32,000 nt of DNA from Candidatus Saccharimonadota bacterium (GCA_041661045.1 JBAZVE010000001.1:900001-932000), one strand, 5' to 3'; positions 24,272 through 32,000 are shown, counted from the first letter of the stretch. Translations and numbers: made by a program. The notes: generated by a model from the sequence alone, not told the origin.

Positions 24272-24449
24272 CGCGCCTTTCTAGAAACCTCCTTATAGTG
24301 TTTTCGACGACTGCACCCGCACGGTCAGAGGCTTCTCTTGCACGGACACCACTTGCTTGAGTGTATTCGCCCTCTACTAAGCGAAAACTTGGGTCTTCGG
24401 AATAATCAATAACTACGGGGGGCCTGTCTGTCGGGTTTTCTTCTGGCAT
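24246..24449 (-). CDS. hypothetical small acidic protein (67 aa)
   Basis: Fills the otherwise empty 189-nt gap between the peroxiredoxin and the RibD-C-like gene on the same strand. No family recognised. Confidence 0.35.
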   Translation of the reverse strand: MPEENPTDRPPVVIDYSEDPSFRLVEGEYTQASGVRAREASDRAGAVVENTIRRFLERRDEALQEND

Positions 24450-24460
24450 AGATCAAAGGG

Positions 24461-25012
24461 TTAAGCTTTTCCAAGCGTTTGAGCTCCCGGTTTCCAGTTG
24501 ATGGGGCAGAGCTCGCCGGTTTGGCAGGCTTCCACCACACGGATGATTTCATCCACATTTCGTCCGATTGCGAGGTCGTGCACGGCAGACATTTTGAGGA
24601 CTCCATCCGGATCGATCACAAAAACTCCACGCAGGGCGATTCCTTTGTCTTCAATCAAAACGCCATAATCTTCGCTGACTTTGTGGTTCAGGTCGGAAAG
24701 CATGCCGAACTTCATCATGCCGAGGTCCTTTTGCCACGCCAAGTGTGCGTGCACGCTGTCCACGGAACACGAAAGCACTTCCGTATTCATGCTGGCGAAT
24801 TTATCATAAGCCGCATTGAAGGCCGTGATTTCAGTGGGGCAGACGAAGGTGAAATCGAGGGGATAAAAGAAAAGTACGAGCCACTTTCCGCGATAGTCTT
24901 TGAGAGAAACAGTTTTGGTTTCTGAACCGAAAAGTCCTTCGGCGGTAAAGTCGGGAGCGGGTTGGCCTACTTTGAGACTAGGTTTGGAATCGGAGCAACA
25001 CATAGGGAGCAT
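24461..25012 (-). CDS. typical 2-Cys peroxiredoxin (AhpC/Tsa family)
   Basis: FFYPLDFTFVCPTEI peroxidatic-Cys motif, and a resolving-Cys region (ACQTGELCPINWKPG). Confidence 0.92.
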   Translation of the reverse strand: MLPMCCSDSKPSLKVGQPAPDFTAEGLFGSETKTVSLKDYRGKWLVLFFYPLDFTFVCPTEITAFNAAYDKFASMNTEVLSCSVDSVHAHLAWQKDLGMMKFGMLSDLNHKVSEDYGVLIEDKGIALRGVFVIDPDGVLKMSAVHDLAIGRNVDEIIRVVEACQTGELCPINWKPGAQTLGKA

Positions 25013-25040
25013 GGGTTAGAATTTTAAATGGGTTCTCTAT

Positions 25041-25952
25041 TTAAGCAGATTTCTGAGCAGATACAAACTCGAAGGCGCGGAAGGCGGCTTTGCAACCTTC
25101 GCTGGCGCTGACGATGGCTTGTTTCCATTCGGTGTCGGTGACATCGCCGGCGGCATAGAAGCCCGGTACGGAGGTCTCGCTCATGCCGGAGATTTTGAGT
25201 TCTCCTTTTTCGTTTTTCTCGGCGCCGAGTTCATCCACCATGGTGGTGAGAGGAATGCGGCCGATTTCAATAAAGACGCCATCGATGGGCATTTCGGTTC
25301 CATCATCAAAGAGCACTTTTTCTACACGATTGGTCCCCATGATTTCCACGATATTGGTTTTGAGGCGGAAGTCGATGTTGGGGGTGGCCTCCACTCGTTT
25401 CATGTTGATGGGTTCGGCCTTGGTGATTTTTTCGCCACGGTACACGATGGTCACTTGCTTGGCGTGTTCGGCCAAGATGAGGGACTCCTTCACGGCGCTG
25501 TCTCCTCCTCCCACAATGATCACTTCCTTTCCTTTGTAAAAAGGTGCGTCGCAAGTGGCGCAGTAGGAGACTCCCTTGGAGAGGAGCTCAGCTTCTCCTT
25601 TGGCGCCCATTTTGCGGTAGGTGGTTCCGGTGGCTAGGAGCACGGTGCGGGCTTCATAAATTTCTTTTCCAAACTCGATTTTAAAGATATCTCCTTCTTT
25701 TGTGATGCGATTGACTCGGCTTCCAATTTTAAAAGGGACATCATTGGCTTTTGCGTGGGCAATCAAATTATCAGCCAACTCTTGCCCGCTGAGCGCGATG
25801 AATCCGGGATAATTTTCCACCAAATGTGTGGTGGTGATGGTTCCGCCAAGGCCTTCGGTGAGCACAAGAATATTCATGTTGTAACGGCGAGCGTAAATGG
25901 AGGCGGAGAGGCCGGCGCAGCCGCCACCGATAATGATGAGATCGTAAAGCAT
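25041..25952 (-). CDS. trxB: low-Mr thioredoxin reductase family flavoprotein
   Basis: FAD motif IIIGGGCAGLSA, redox CATCD, second dinucleotide motif IVGGGDSA, AAGDV. However, the HRRxxxR NADPH motif reads YRGEKITKAE here. Confidence 0.9.
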   Translation of the reverse strand: MLYDLIIIGGGCAGLSASIYARRYNMNILVLTEGLGGTITTTHLVENYPGFIALSGQELADNLIAHAKANDVPFKIGSRVNRITKEGDIFKIEFGKEIYEARTVLLATGTTYRKMGAKGEAELLSKGVSYCATCDAPFYKGKEVIIVGGGDSAVKESLILAEHAKQVTIVYRGEKITKAEPINMKRVEATPNIDFRLKTNIVEIMGTNRVEKVLFDDGTEMPIDGVFIEIGRIPLTTMVDELGAEKNEKGELKISGMSETSVPGFYAAGDVTDTEWKQAIVSASEGCKAAFRAFEFVSAQKSA

Positions 25953-26240
25953 TTATTCGGTTTTTAATTGATTGAGTTTTGCTTCGATGCGACTCGGAAG
26001 CATGTGGTGTTCAATGTGACCCTCCGTGAACAGCATGGAAAGCGGACTTTCTTGGCTTAGGAACGCAACATTGGGGCCGAGCTCACACTGACTCAAGCAC
26101 CCCGTTTTTTCAAGACGAAATTTTCCATCCGGCGTGGTTTCTCCCGCCTTAATCCCCAGCACTTTCTCCGCCCGTTCCAAGGTCTCCAATCCAAAATTTC
26201 TTGTGCACGACCCCGCAGTACAAATTTTAACAATATGCAT
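25953..26240 (-). CDS. thioredoxin-like [2Fe-2S] ferredoxin (NuoE/Fd4 family)
   Basis: Cys pattern C7-x4-C12 ... x35 ... C48-x3-C52 (ICTAGSC ... GCLSQCELGPN), ~95 aa. Its stop codon directly abuts the trxB ATG. Confidence 0.8.
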   Translation of the reverse strand: MHIVKICTAGSCTRNFGLETLERAEKVLGIKAGETTPDGKFRLEKTGCLSQCELGPNVAFLSQESPLSMLFTEGHIEHHMLPSRIEAKLNQLKTE

Positions 26241-28444
26241 CAGGCGGCGATGTTATGGATCATCTCTTCCACCATTCCTTCTCCTCCCACTTTGAGGTGT
26301 TTTTTAAACTGAGATTCCACCATCATGCGAGCTATTTCTTCTTTTATCGGAGCTGAATTCATCATATTCATTGTATTTGCTGCTCCTAAATTCGTTTCAA
26401 TCCCCATTATTTGCATCACCATATTGAGTAGACGCGTTAATTCTTGAGTTTTCTCTCTAAGAATTTTTTGATGGGGATGCAATTCGTCTTTACCCTCTTC
26501 GTCTTCAAGCATGATGAATTGAGGCCATCGGGCTTTATTGATTTTTTCTTTTGTGGAATTCTTGCCTTGTTTGAGTTCCTGGGCGCTGATGACTTGTAGA
26601 TTCTCCTCTATCCCCCCTGAACCACTCACTTTACCCATGTCATAGGCCAATTTTTTCTCTTCCAGAGCTTCCACCTGCCAACGAGAGCGGCTGTCTTCAC
26701 TCACATCATTTATGTTCTCTTTATACTTGTCTTTGGACATCTTCATCCAAAAAGATGCATCTTCCAAGTACGCGTCTTTTTGGGAGAGATTGTCCTCTTC
26801 CATGTGTTTACTCACTCCATAAATTCTTTCCAATAGCTGTCCTTGTACCTTCCCAATGGCAAATTTACCTTGTTTATCCAAGGCTTCCAGGTTCTTTTCT
26901 ATGAACTCTTTCCCTTTTTTACTGTTCGCTCGATTGATCCATTCTTCTTGCTCTTCGCTTCCAAAATGATCTACCGAAGAGAGGTCGATTGGGTTCTCGG
27001 ATTCTCTGGCTTCTTGTGCGTTGGCTTCTTTTAGCATGGCCTCTCGGTTGTCTTTATCTGCTCTCATAAAAGTTTGGTCGTCTCGCAAAGTGTCTCTTAG
27101 GGCAAAATATTCGTGAACCACTTGAGCGCGTTCGGGGATAGTTTCTTTTTCCAAAATCATCAATTTTGCTTTTTGAAGTTCAGGATCCGCTACTTGCATT
27201 TGTGTCTTGAGTTTGATCTTCTCTTCTTCTGTGAAAAGAGGCACATGCTCTGCTTCCGCATCCTCAAGGAGGGCGATGTACTCCAAGGCCATTATGCTGG
27301 TGCTTTTGAGTTTCGTTCGAAGCTCCGGGAGGTAGGCCTTGAGATTATGGAAACGCATGTCATCTGTGCGAATTTTTATTCGTTTAGCCTCGTCGGGCTT
27401 CATGTCTTTTAAAATGGCATCTCGTTCTTCGTAGACTTCTTGTCTTTCTTCCAGGACGCCATCCAAAGCCTTGGTCATGTCCTCCATTTTTTTGAAACTT
27501 TCGAGTTCCTCAAACCAATTCAAAAACTCCCAAGCGGCTGTTCGCATTTTTCCTTGTGGTGTGACCATCCAGGGGCCGCCGAACAGTTTGTCTTTCCAAG
27601 GGAGCAATTTATCCGCATAGATTTTTGTCTTCTCGTCGAACTCTTCCATGACTTCTTTCTTTATCTCTTCGGTCGTTTTTCCTCCACGGTTTTTTTGTCT
27701 TTTTCGGAATTCGTTTTGAATGGCGGGATCGGCTTCTTCTACTTCTTTAACTTCCGCCATGATTTTTTTGAGGCGTTCTTCTCTGGATTCAAGGAATCCA
27801 CTTTCACTGAGCTGTTCGTCGAAGTAACTGATGTATTCATCTCGGATCATTGTATTCTTGCACAATTTTTTAAGCTTTTCTCGAAATGCAATACGAGGCT
27901 TTAGGCTTTCTTTTAGTTTCCCCAATATGTCCACTTTATTCAGTTTGCCTTTTTGATATAAAGGTCGCTCGGCAAAATTTTCTTTGAGATAACGCATCTC
28001 GGCACCCAGGAATCGAGCTTCTTTTGCGTGAATGGGTGTGAACGCCCCTGAATCTTTGAGTACTTTTTCGTAATAATGATCTGCGGCTCGGTTGAACTTT
28101 TTTTCCAACTTGTCCAGTTCTCCATCACTCATGGCCTCTTCTACTTGTTCAATGTATTCGGATTCATCGATTTTGGATCCATTGGTCTTTGATTGTTCTT
28201 CGAATGCCTTGAGGCCCTCCACCAAATCTTTTTTCTTTTTCTGGCTTCTGGGGCTTAGGGTATGATTCGTGACTTTGTATACGCTTTCCCCCCTTTCTCC
28301 GAGACCTCGATGTCGACTCTGAATTTCATCGCGTTCTTCTTGGGTATAAGCATCCAAGTCTCGGCGCTCATGAAAAAAACAGCGTTTCTGAATGCTCCAG
28401 GGGTCTTGAATATTTCGGTCGCGACAACTTATGGGGGTATTCAT
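26240..28444 (-). CDS. large K/E-rich cytoplasmic protein of unknown function (734 aa)
   Basis: Uninterrupted 2.2-kb ORF with no TM segment or signal peptide. Highly charged and helical-looking. Its stop overlaps the ferredoxin start as TGATG (26238-26242). No domain recognised. Confidence 0.75.
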   Translation of the reverse strand: MNTPISCRDRNIQDPWSIQKRCFFHERRDLDAYTQEERDEIQSRHRGLGERGESVYKVTNHTLSPRSQKKKKDLVEGLKAFEEQSKTNGSKIDESEYIEQVEEAMSDGELDKLEKKFNRAADHYYEKVLKDSGAFTPIHAKEARFLGAEMRYLKENFAERPLYQKGKLNKVDILGKLKESLKPRIAFREKLKKLCKNTMIRDEYISYFDEQLSESGFLESREERLKKIMAEVKEVEEADPAIQNEFRKRQKNRGGKTTEEIKKEVMEEFDEKTKIYADKLLPWKDKLFGGPWMVTPQGKMRTAAWEFLNWFEELESFKKMEDMTKALDGVLEERQEVYEERDAILKDMKPDEAKRIKIRTDDMRFHNLKAYLPELRTKLKSTSIMALEYIALLEDAEAEHVPLFTEEEKIKLKTQMQVADPELQKAKLMILEKETIPERAQVVHEYFALRDTLRDDQTFMRADKDNREAMLKEANAQEARESENPIDLSSVDHFGSEEQEEWINRANSKKGKEFIEKNLEALDKQGKFAIGKVQGQLLERIYGVSKHMEEDNLSQKDAYLEDASFWMKMSKDKYKENINDVSEDSRSRWQVEALEEKKLAYDMGKVSGSGGIEENLQVISAQELKQGKNSTKEKINKARWPQFIMLEDEEGKDELHPHQKILREKTQELTRLLNMVMQIMGIETNLGAANTMNMMNSAPIKEEIARMMVESQFKKHLKVGGEGMVEEMIHNIAA

Positions 28445-28469
28445 CTGGGTTGGGGTTCGGGGTGCGGAG

Positions 28470-30161
28470 CTAGTTTAAGACTTTTGCGCCCAAATGCCAA
28501 GATTTTCTTCGTTTGTAGCGTTCGTGGCCGATCCAGGCGGTGGCCAGGGAGGCGCTGATGAGGAAGCCCCAGGGGAAGGAATGGGTTTTGGTGCCGGCTG
28601 CAGCGGTTTCCAGGAGTTCGCTGTGCATCACTTGGTAGATGCCGTTTTGGGCGCTGGCTTGGACGAGCAGGGTGTTTCCGCTTTGGTAGAGGAGGTCGTC
28701 TACGGCTTCTTGTTCGGTGAGTTTAAAGGACCAAGTGCTCACGCCGTCAAAAAGAGTGAGGAGGGAGCCATCGAATTCCATGACCTCGCCTTTGATTTGT
28801 TTCCAAACCGGGTTCAGTGCTCCAGGGCTGGGCGTCACCCACTGCCAAGTGGAAAACCTCGATTGCCCTAACCCTGAAGCTGAAGCCTGAACACTTTGAA
28901 CTTCTTCAATCTGGATTTCTGAGTAGGACTGATCTTCTTCACTGCTTTCATACTGAATTTCTGAAACGATTTCACCGGTGAAATCGGAGAGTTGTACGGT
29001 TTCATTGGAGTTGTTTAGAGCAATACCGGTTTCGGTTCTGTACAAGATGAGGGTTTGGCCGGGTTCCAAAATGGTGCTGTCCGGCAGGGTGAAGGGTTCG
29101 GAGCCGCCTTCGCCATCATCCAAAATCCAATTTCCCAAGTTCACGGGTTCACTTCCACCGTTGGTGAGCTCGATCCATTCTTCTTCCGCATCGGGGCCTT
29201 CGGGGTTCGGGAATATTTCGGAGAGTTCCACTTGATCGGAGAGGTCTCCATCTTGGTAGGGGCTTTCTTCCGTTTCCTCGGTGGATTCGCTGGATTCTTG
29301 GGCGCTCGATAAAAGATTTTCGGAACCGGGAGTGAGTTCCTCGGTCCAGTCGTAAAAATCTCCAAACCAGGCGGTGCTCAGGCCTTCCTGCGAACCTGTA
29401 TAAGGAATGTCCCAAAGCACTTCTTGATTGACGCCCAAGAGCCGTACGCTGTCGGAATCATTGTTGAGCGTGAGGCCGCTTTCCGTTACGGAAAGGACTA
29501 AATAGGATTCCGCGGCAAGGCTGCCGGTCAGGCCATGGGGCGTGCTGCCGCCTTCACTGTCGTCCAAAAAGAGCCCATTCAAAACAAGCGTTTCTCCATG
29601 GGGATTGTAGAGTTCTATCCATTCTTCGGTGCTGTCCGAGCCTTCGGGGTTTGGCAAGGCTTCGGAGAAAATCGGCCAAAGAGTGGGGGTGGTGCTTGGG
29701 GTGGGGGTGGACTCTGGGGTTTCCGTTTCGGTGGGGACTTCGGCGACCGCTTCAGTACTGACTTCCGCTGTGGTGTCTGTGTACAAAATCACCCCTTTTT
29801 CACTGCTTGCGTAGGAAAAACTGTCCACCACTTCTCCATGCATGGTTTTGAGCGTGACGGTTTCATTGGAGTTGTTCAATTGAAAAGAAAAACCCTCAAT
29901 CACTTTGCTTTCCTCCAAGGTCCCGGATGGCGTCCAGGGTTTGGCGGTGGAATCTTCCAGTGTATATAAAGAAAGGTCGATGGGGCTGGTGCCCAAATTG
30001 CGTAGTTCAATCCATTCGCTTTCCCCGGCATTGGGGTTGGGGTAAAGCGCGGAAATTTCCAGGTCCATGGAAAGTTCATCCGCCACTTCCGTCTCGCAGG
30101 CCAGAGCCGTTTTTGGGACTGCCAAATGGAGACCGATCATGAGTAGAATTAATTTTTTCAT
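28470..30161 (-). CDS. surface protein with three lamin-tail-domain (LTD) repeats and a C-terminal TM anchor
   Basis: Signal peptide. Three LTD signatures (ISALYPNPNAGESEWIELRNLG; FSEALPNPEGSDSTEEWIELYNPHG; LSEIFPNPEGPDAEEEWIELTNGG), each followed by L(D/E)DxxGG and LNNSxETV. C-terminal FPWGFLISASLATAWIG then basic KRRKS. Confidence 0.85.
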   Translation of the reverse strand: MKKLILLMIGLHLAVPKTALACETEVADELSMDLEISALYPNPNAGESEWIELRNLGTSPIDLSLYTLEDSTAKPWTPSGTLEESKVIEGFSFQLNNSNETVTLKTMHGEVVDSFSYASSEKGVILYTDTTAEVSTEAVAEVPTETETPESTPTPSTTPTLWPIFSEALPNPEGSDSTEEWIELYNPHGETLVLNGLFLDDSEGGSTPHGLTGSLAAESYLVLSVTESGLTLNNDSDSVRLLGVNQEVLWDIPYTGSQEGLSTAWFGDFYDWTEELTPGSENLLSSAQESSESTEETEESPYQDGDLSDQVELSEIFPNPEGPDAEEEWIELTNGGSEPVNLGNWILDDGEGGSEPFTLPDSTILEPGQTLILYRTETGIALNNSNETVQLSDFTGEIVSEIQYESSEEDQSYSEIQIEEVQSVQASASGLGQSRFSTWQWVTPSPGALNPVWKQIKGEVMEFDGSLLTLFDGVSTWSFKLTEQEAVDDLLYQSGNTLLVQASAQNGIYQVMHSELLETAAAGTKTHSFPWGFLISASLATAWIGHERYKRRKSWHLGAKVLN

Positions 30162-30210
30162 AAAATGAGGTTAAGTGGACTCAGCATAGAGGGTCGACCT
30201 TGATGAAATC

Positions 30211-30245
30211 CTGAATTTTTCCTTAAACTTTTCTGAATTTTTCCT
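30211..30245. repeat. 13-bp direct repeat CTGAATTTTTCCT x2 at 22-bp spacing in a divergent intergenic region
   Basis: Exact copies at 30211-30223 and 30233-30245, between the LTD gene start (30161, -) and the rny start (30452, +). Confidence 0.85.
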
Positions 30246-30451
30246 GAAATTTTTTCAAAATGAGTCTGGCTTTTGTGCAGAACCTTTGTTAAAGTGCGTC
30301 CAGTCTTTTATTTCTCAAAACCGGGAGACAAAACGCAGCTCGTAACCTTAAGAACGATTTGAACGCATTGTACACAGATTGGATGGCTAGGTTAGAAAAT
30401 CGACTTTTTTGTCGGCGTTTTGCGCATCTCGGGGTTTAATCCCCTCTTTTT

Positions 30452-31978
30452 ATGGATTTCGTTTCAATCGTGCTTCTCCTGCTTGGCCTGGGTGGTGGAG
30501 GAGCGCTTGGTTTCGTTCTTAGAACCCGGCAGCTTAAAGGTGAGGATCAAAAGAAGCGCAAAGAAATGGATCGTGCGCTGCAAGAAGCTCAGAGTAAGGC
30601 CAATGAGGTGATCATGCGGGCCAAAAATGAGGCTCTTAAGGAACGAGAAGAAGCTCAAAAGGAAGAGCGCATCAAACGCAAGAAGCTCGAAGAAAATGAG
30701 ACTCGACTTTTGAAGAAAGAGGAACAGCTCGACACTAAGGTGGAAGATCTGGATAAAATGAAAGCTCAGTTTGAAGACAAGGCGGAGGCTCTTAAAAAGG
30801 ATAAAGAACGAGCGGGACAATTGGTGCAGGAGCAAGAGAAGAAACTTCAAGAAGTTGCAAACTTGTCTCATGAACAAGCCAAGGAACTTCTTCTTAAGAA
30901 AATTGAGGAGGAATTTAAGGATGAGTTGGTGGCGCACGCCAAGCAGCTTGAGGAAGAAATGAAGCGAGATGTAGACGAAAAGGCCAAGCAAATTTTGGCT
31001 GATGCGATTCAGCGCTATGCTTCCGAGACCACGGTGGAAACCACCACAACCTCTGTGCCGCTGGCTTCCGACGAATTGAAGGGAAGGATTATTGGAAGGG
31101 AGGGGCGCAACATCAACGCCTTTGAATCGGTCACCGGTGTGGATGTGATTGTGGACGATACTCCTGGCTCTATTGTGATCAGTGGCTTTGACCCTATTCG
31201 TCGTTACATGGCCAAGATCACTTTGGAACGCTTGGTGGAAGATGGCCGTATTCACCCCGCACGCATTGAGGAAATGTATGTCAAGGTGAAGGAGGAGGTG
31301 AATGGTCTTATTAAAGAACTTGGAGAAAAAGCTGCCTTTGAAGTGGGTGTGGCGGCTTTGCCACCGAACTTACTCAAAATTTTGGGACGACTCAAGTTCC
31401 GTATTGCGTATGGTCAGAATGTGCTCAAACACTCCATGGAAGTGGCGTTTTTGGCCGCTGAACTTGCTGGCATGATGGGTGCAAATATTGACCTTTGTAA
31501 GAAGGCCGGGCTTTTGCACGACATTGGAAAAGCGGTGGATCATGAAGTGCAAGGAAAGCATGCTTTCATCGGCCGTGATATTTTAAAGAAATTTGGAATG
31601 TCGGACGAGGTGTTGCATTGTGTGGAAGCCAACGAAGGGGACATGGAGGCCAAGAGCGTGGAGGCCAAAATCATTCAAGTGGCCAACCTTATTTCCGTGG
31701 CTCGACCCGGTGCCAACAAAGAAAATCTGGAAACTTATGTTAAACGGCTTTCTGAAATTGAGAAATTGGCCGGAGAGTTTGGTGGCGTTCAAAAAGCCTT
31801 TGCCGTTCAGGCGGGCCGTGAACTCCGTGTCTTCGTTCGCCCTGATGAGGTGGATGACCTGCAAGCTCTAAAGATGTCCCACGAAGTCGCTCGCAAGATC
31901 GAAAAAGATCTTCAATACAGCGGCAAAATCAAAGTGGAAGTCATTCGCGAACTGAGGGTGGAGGCGTTCGCGGGGTAG
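30452..31978 (+). CDS. rny: ribonuclease Y
   Basis: N-terminal TM, a K/E-rich coiled coil, KH domain (LKGRIIGREGRNINAFE) and HD domain (LKHSMEVAFLA...GLLHDIGKAVDHE). 508 aa. Confidence 0.93.
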   Translation: MDFVSIVLLLLGLGGGGALGFVLRTRQLKGEDQKKRKEMDRALQEAQSKANEVIMRAKNEALKEREEAQKEERIKRKKLEENETRLLKKEEQLDTKVEDLDKMKAQFEDKAEALKKDKERAGQLVQEQEKKLQEVANLSHEQAKELLLKKIEEEFKDELVAHAKQLEEEMKRDVDEKAKQILADAIQRYASETTVETTTTSVPLASDELKGRIIGREGRNINAFESVTGVDVIVDDTPGSIVISGFDPIRRYMAKITLERLVEDGRIHPARIEEMYVKVKEEVNGLIKELGEKAAFEVGVAALPPNLLKILGRLKFRIAYGQNVLKHSMEVAFLAAELAGMMGANIDLCKKAGLLHDIGKAVDHEVQGKHAFIGRDILKKFGMSDEVLHCVEANEGDMEAKSVEAKIIQVANLISVARPGANKENLETYVKRLSEIEKLAGEFGGVQKAFAVQAGRELRVFVRPDEVDDLQALKMSHEVARKIEKDLQYSGKIKVEVIRELRVEAFAG

Positions 31979-32000
31979 AGCTTGACTTTGAGGATCAAGA

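Noticed and set aside
27440-27904. 154-aa and other plus-strand ORFs (26843-27034, 27113-27412) antisense to the 734-aa gene.
   Set aside because: F/L-rich antisense shadows of a K/E-rich coding region, fragmented by stops, whereas the minus frame is open for 2.2 kb.
28470-30161. Repeated PNPEG...EEWIEL DNA segments considered as a possible CRISPR-like or other non-coding repeat array.
   Set aside because: The repeats are in-frame protein domain repeats (LTD) with diverged DNA, irregular spacing and no spacer-like unique segments between short identical repeats.
30464-31255. 263-aa minus-strand ORF antisense to rny.
   Set aside because: F/L/K-rich shadow of the K/E-rich coiled coil of RNase Y. 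The plus-strand gene has unmistakable KH and HD motifs.
1-32000. Alternative genetic code (UGA as Gly, as in some candidate phyla).
   Set aside because: Genes with strong family motifs terminate at TGA at the expected protein lengths (cupin at 1541-1543; the TGATG junction at 26238-26242), and no conserved gene is interrupted by in-frame TGA. The standard code fits.

Overview
Tightly packed bacterial chromosomal window using the standard genetic code. I can support 36 CDS across both strands and saw no rRNA, tRNA or CRISPR array. Spot counts of three 60-nt lines gave 48-53% GC.

Content:
(i) A six-gene minus-strand module at 1.6-7.5 kb: an OmpR-type two-component system, a 79-aa secreted acidic protein, a MacB-type ABC ATPase and permease, and an unusually long coiled-coil HlyD/MacA-type adaptor.
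(ii) Envelope and transport genes: a GerMN-domain protein, a SulP-STAS transporter, an orphan ZnuA/TroA-type metal-binding lipoprotein, an SLH-domain protein, a 577-aa lipoprotein, an NRS/ER-like RmlD-type reductase and an AI-2E transporter.
(iii) Housekeeping genes: M17 leucyl aminopeptidase, NrnA-type DHH phosphoesterase and RNase Y.
(iv) Two antioxidant clusters. One is Bcp plus Fe/Mn SOD. The other is a 2-Cys peroxiredoxin, TrxB and a thioredoxin-like [2Fe-2S] ferredoxin, and that ferredoxin is translationally coupled to a 734-aa K/E-rich protein of unknown function.
(v) An orphan stretch of about 2.4 kb (19.7-22.1 kb) between SOD and a serine hydrolase. It holds a transposase-N-terminus-like Zn-ribbon/HTH protein and three proteins I cannot assign. 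A promoter, leader and terminator/antiterminator element precedes it, and two near-consensus back-to-back promoters lie inside it.
(vi) A triple lamin-tail-domain surface protein.

Likely source, by inference only: an uncultured small-genome, monoderm, S-layer-bearing bacterium (CPR/Patescibacteria-like). Start codons almost never have a Shine-Dalgarno motif.

Best candidates for something undescribed are the 19.7-22.1 kb orphan cluster with its regulatory architecture, the ferredoxin-TrxB pair with a degenerate NADPH motif together with the coupled 734-aa protein, and the TCS/MacB-type module with its giant adaptor and a G/P/E/F motif shared between adaptor and small protein. All functional calls rest on motif recognition by eye; no database search was possible.
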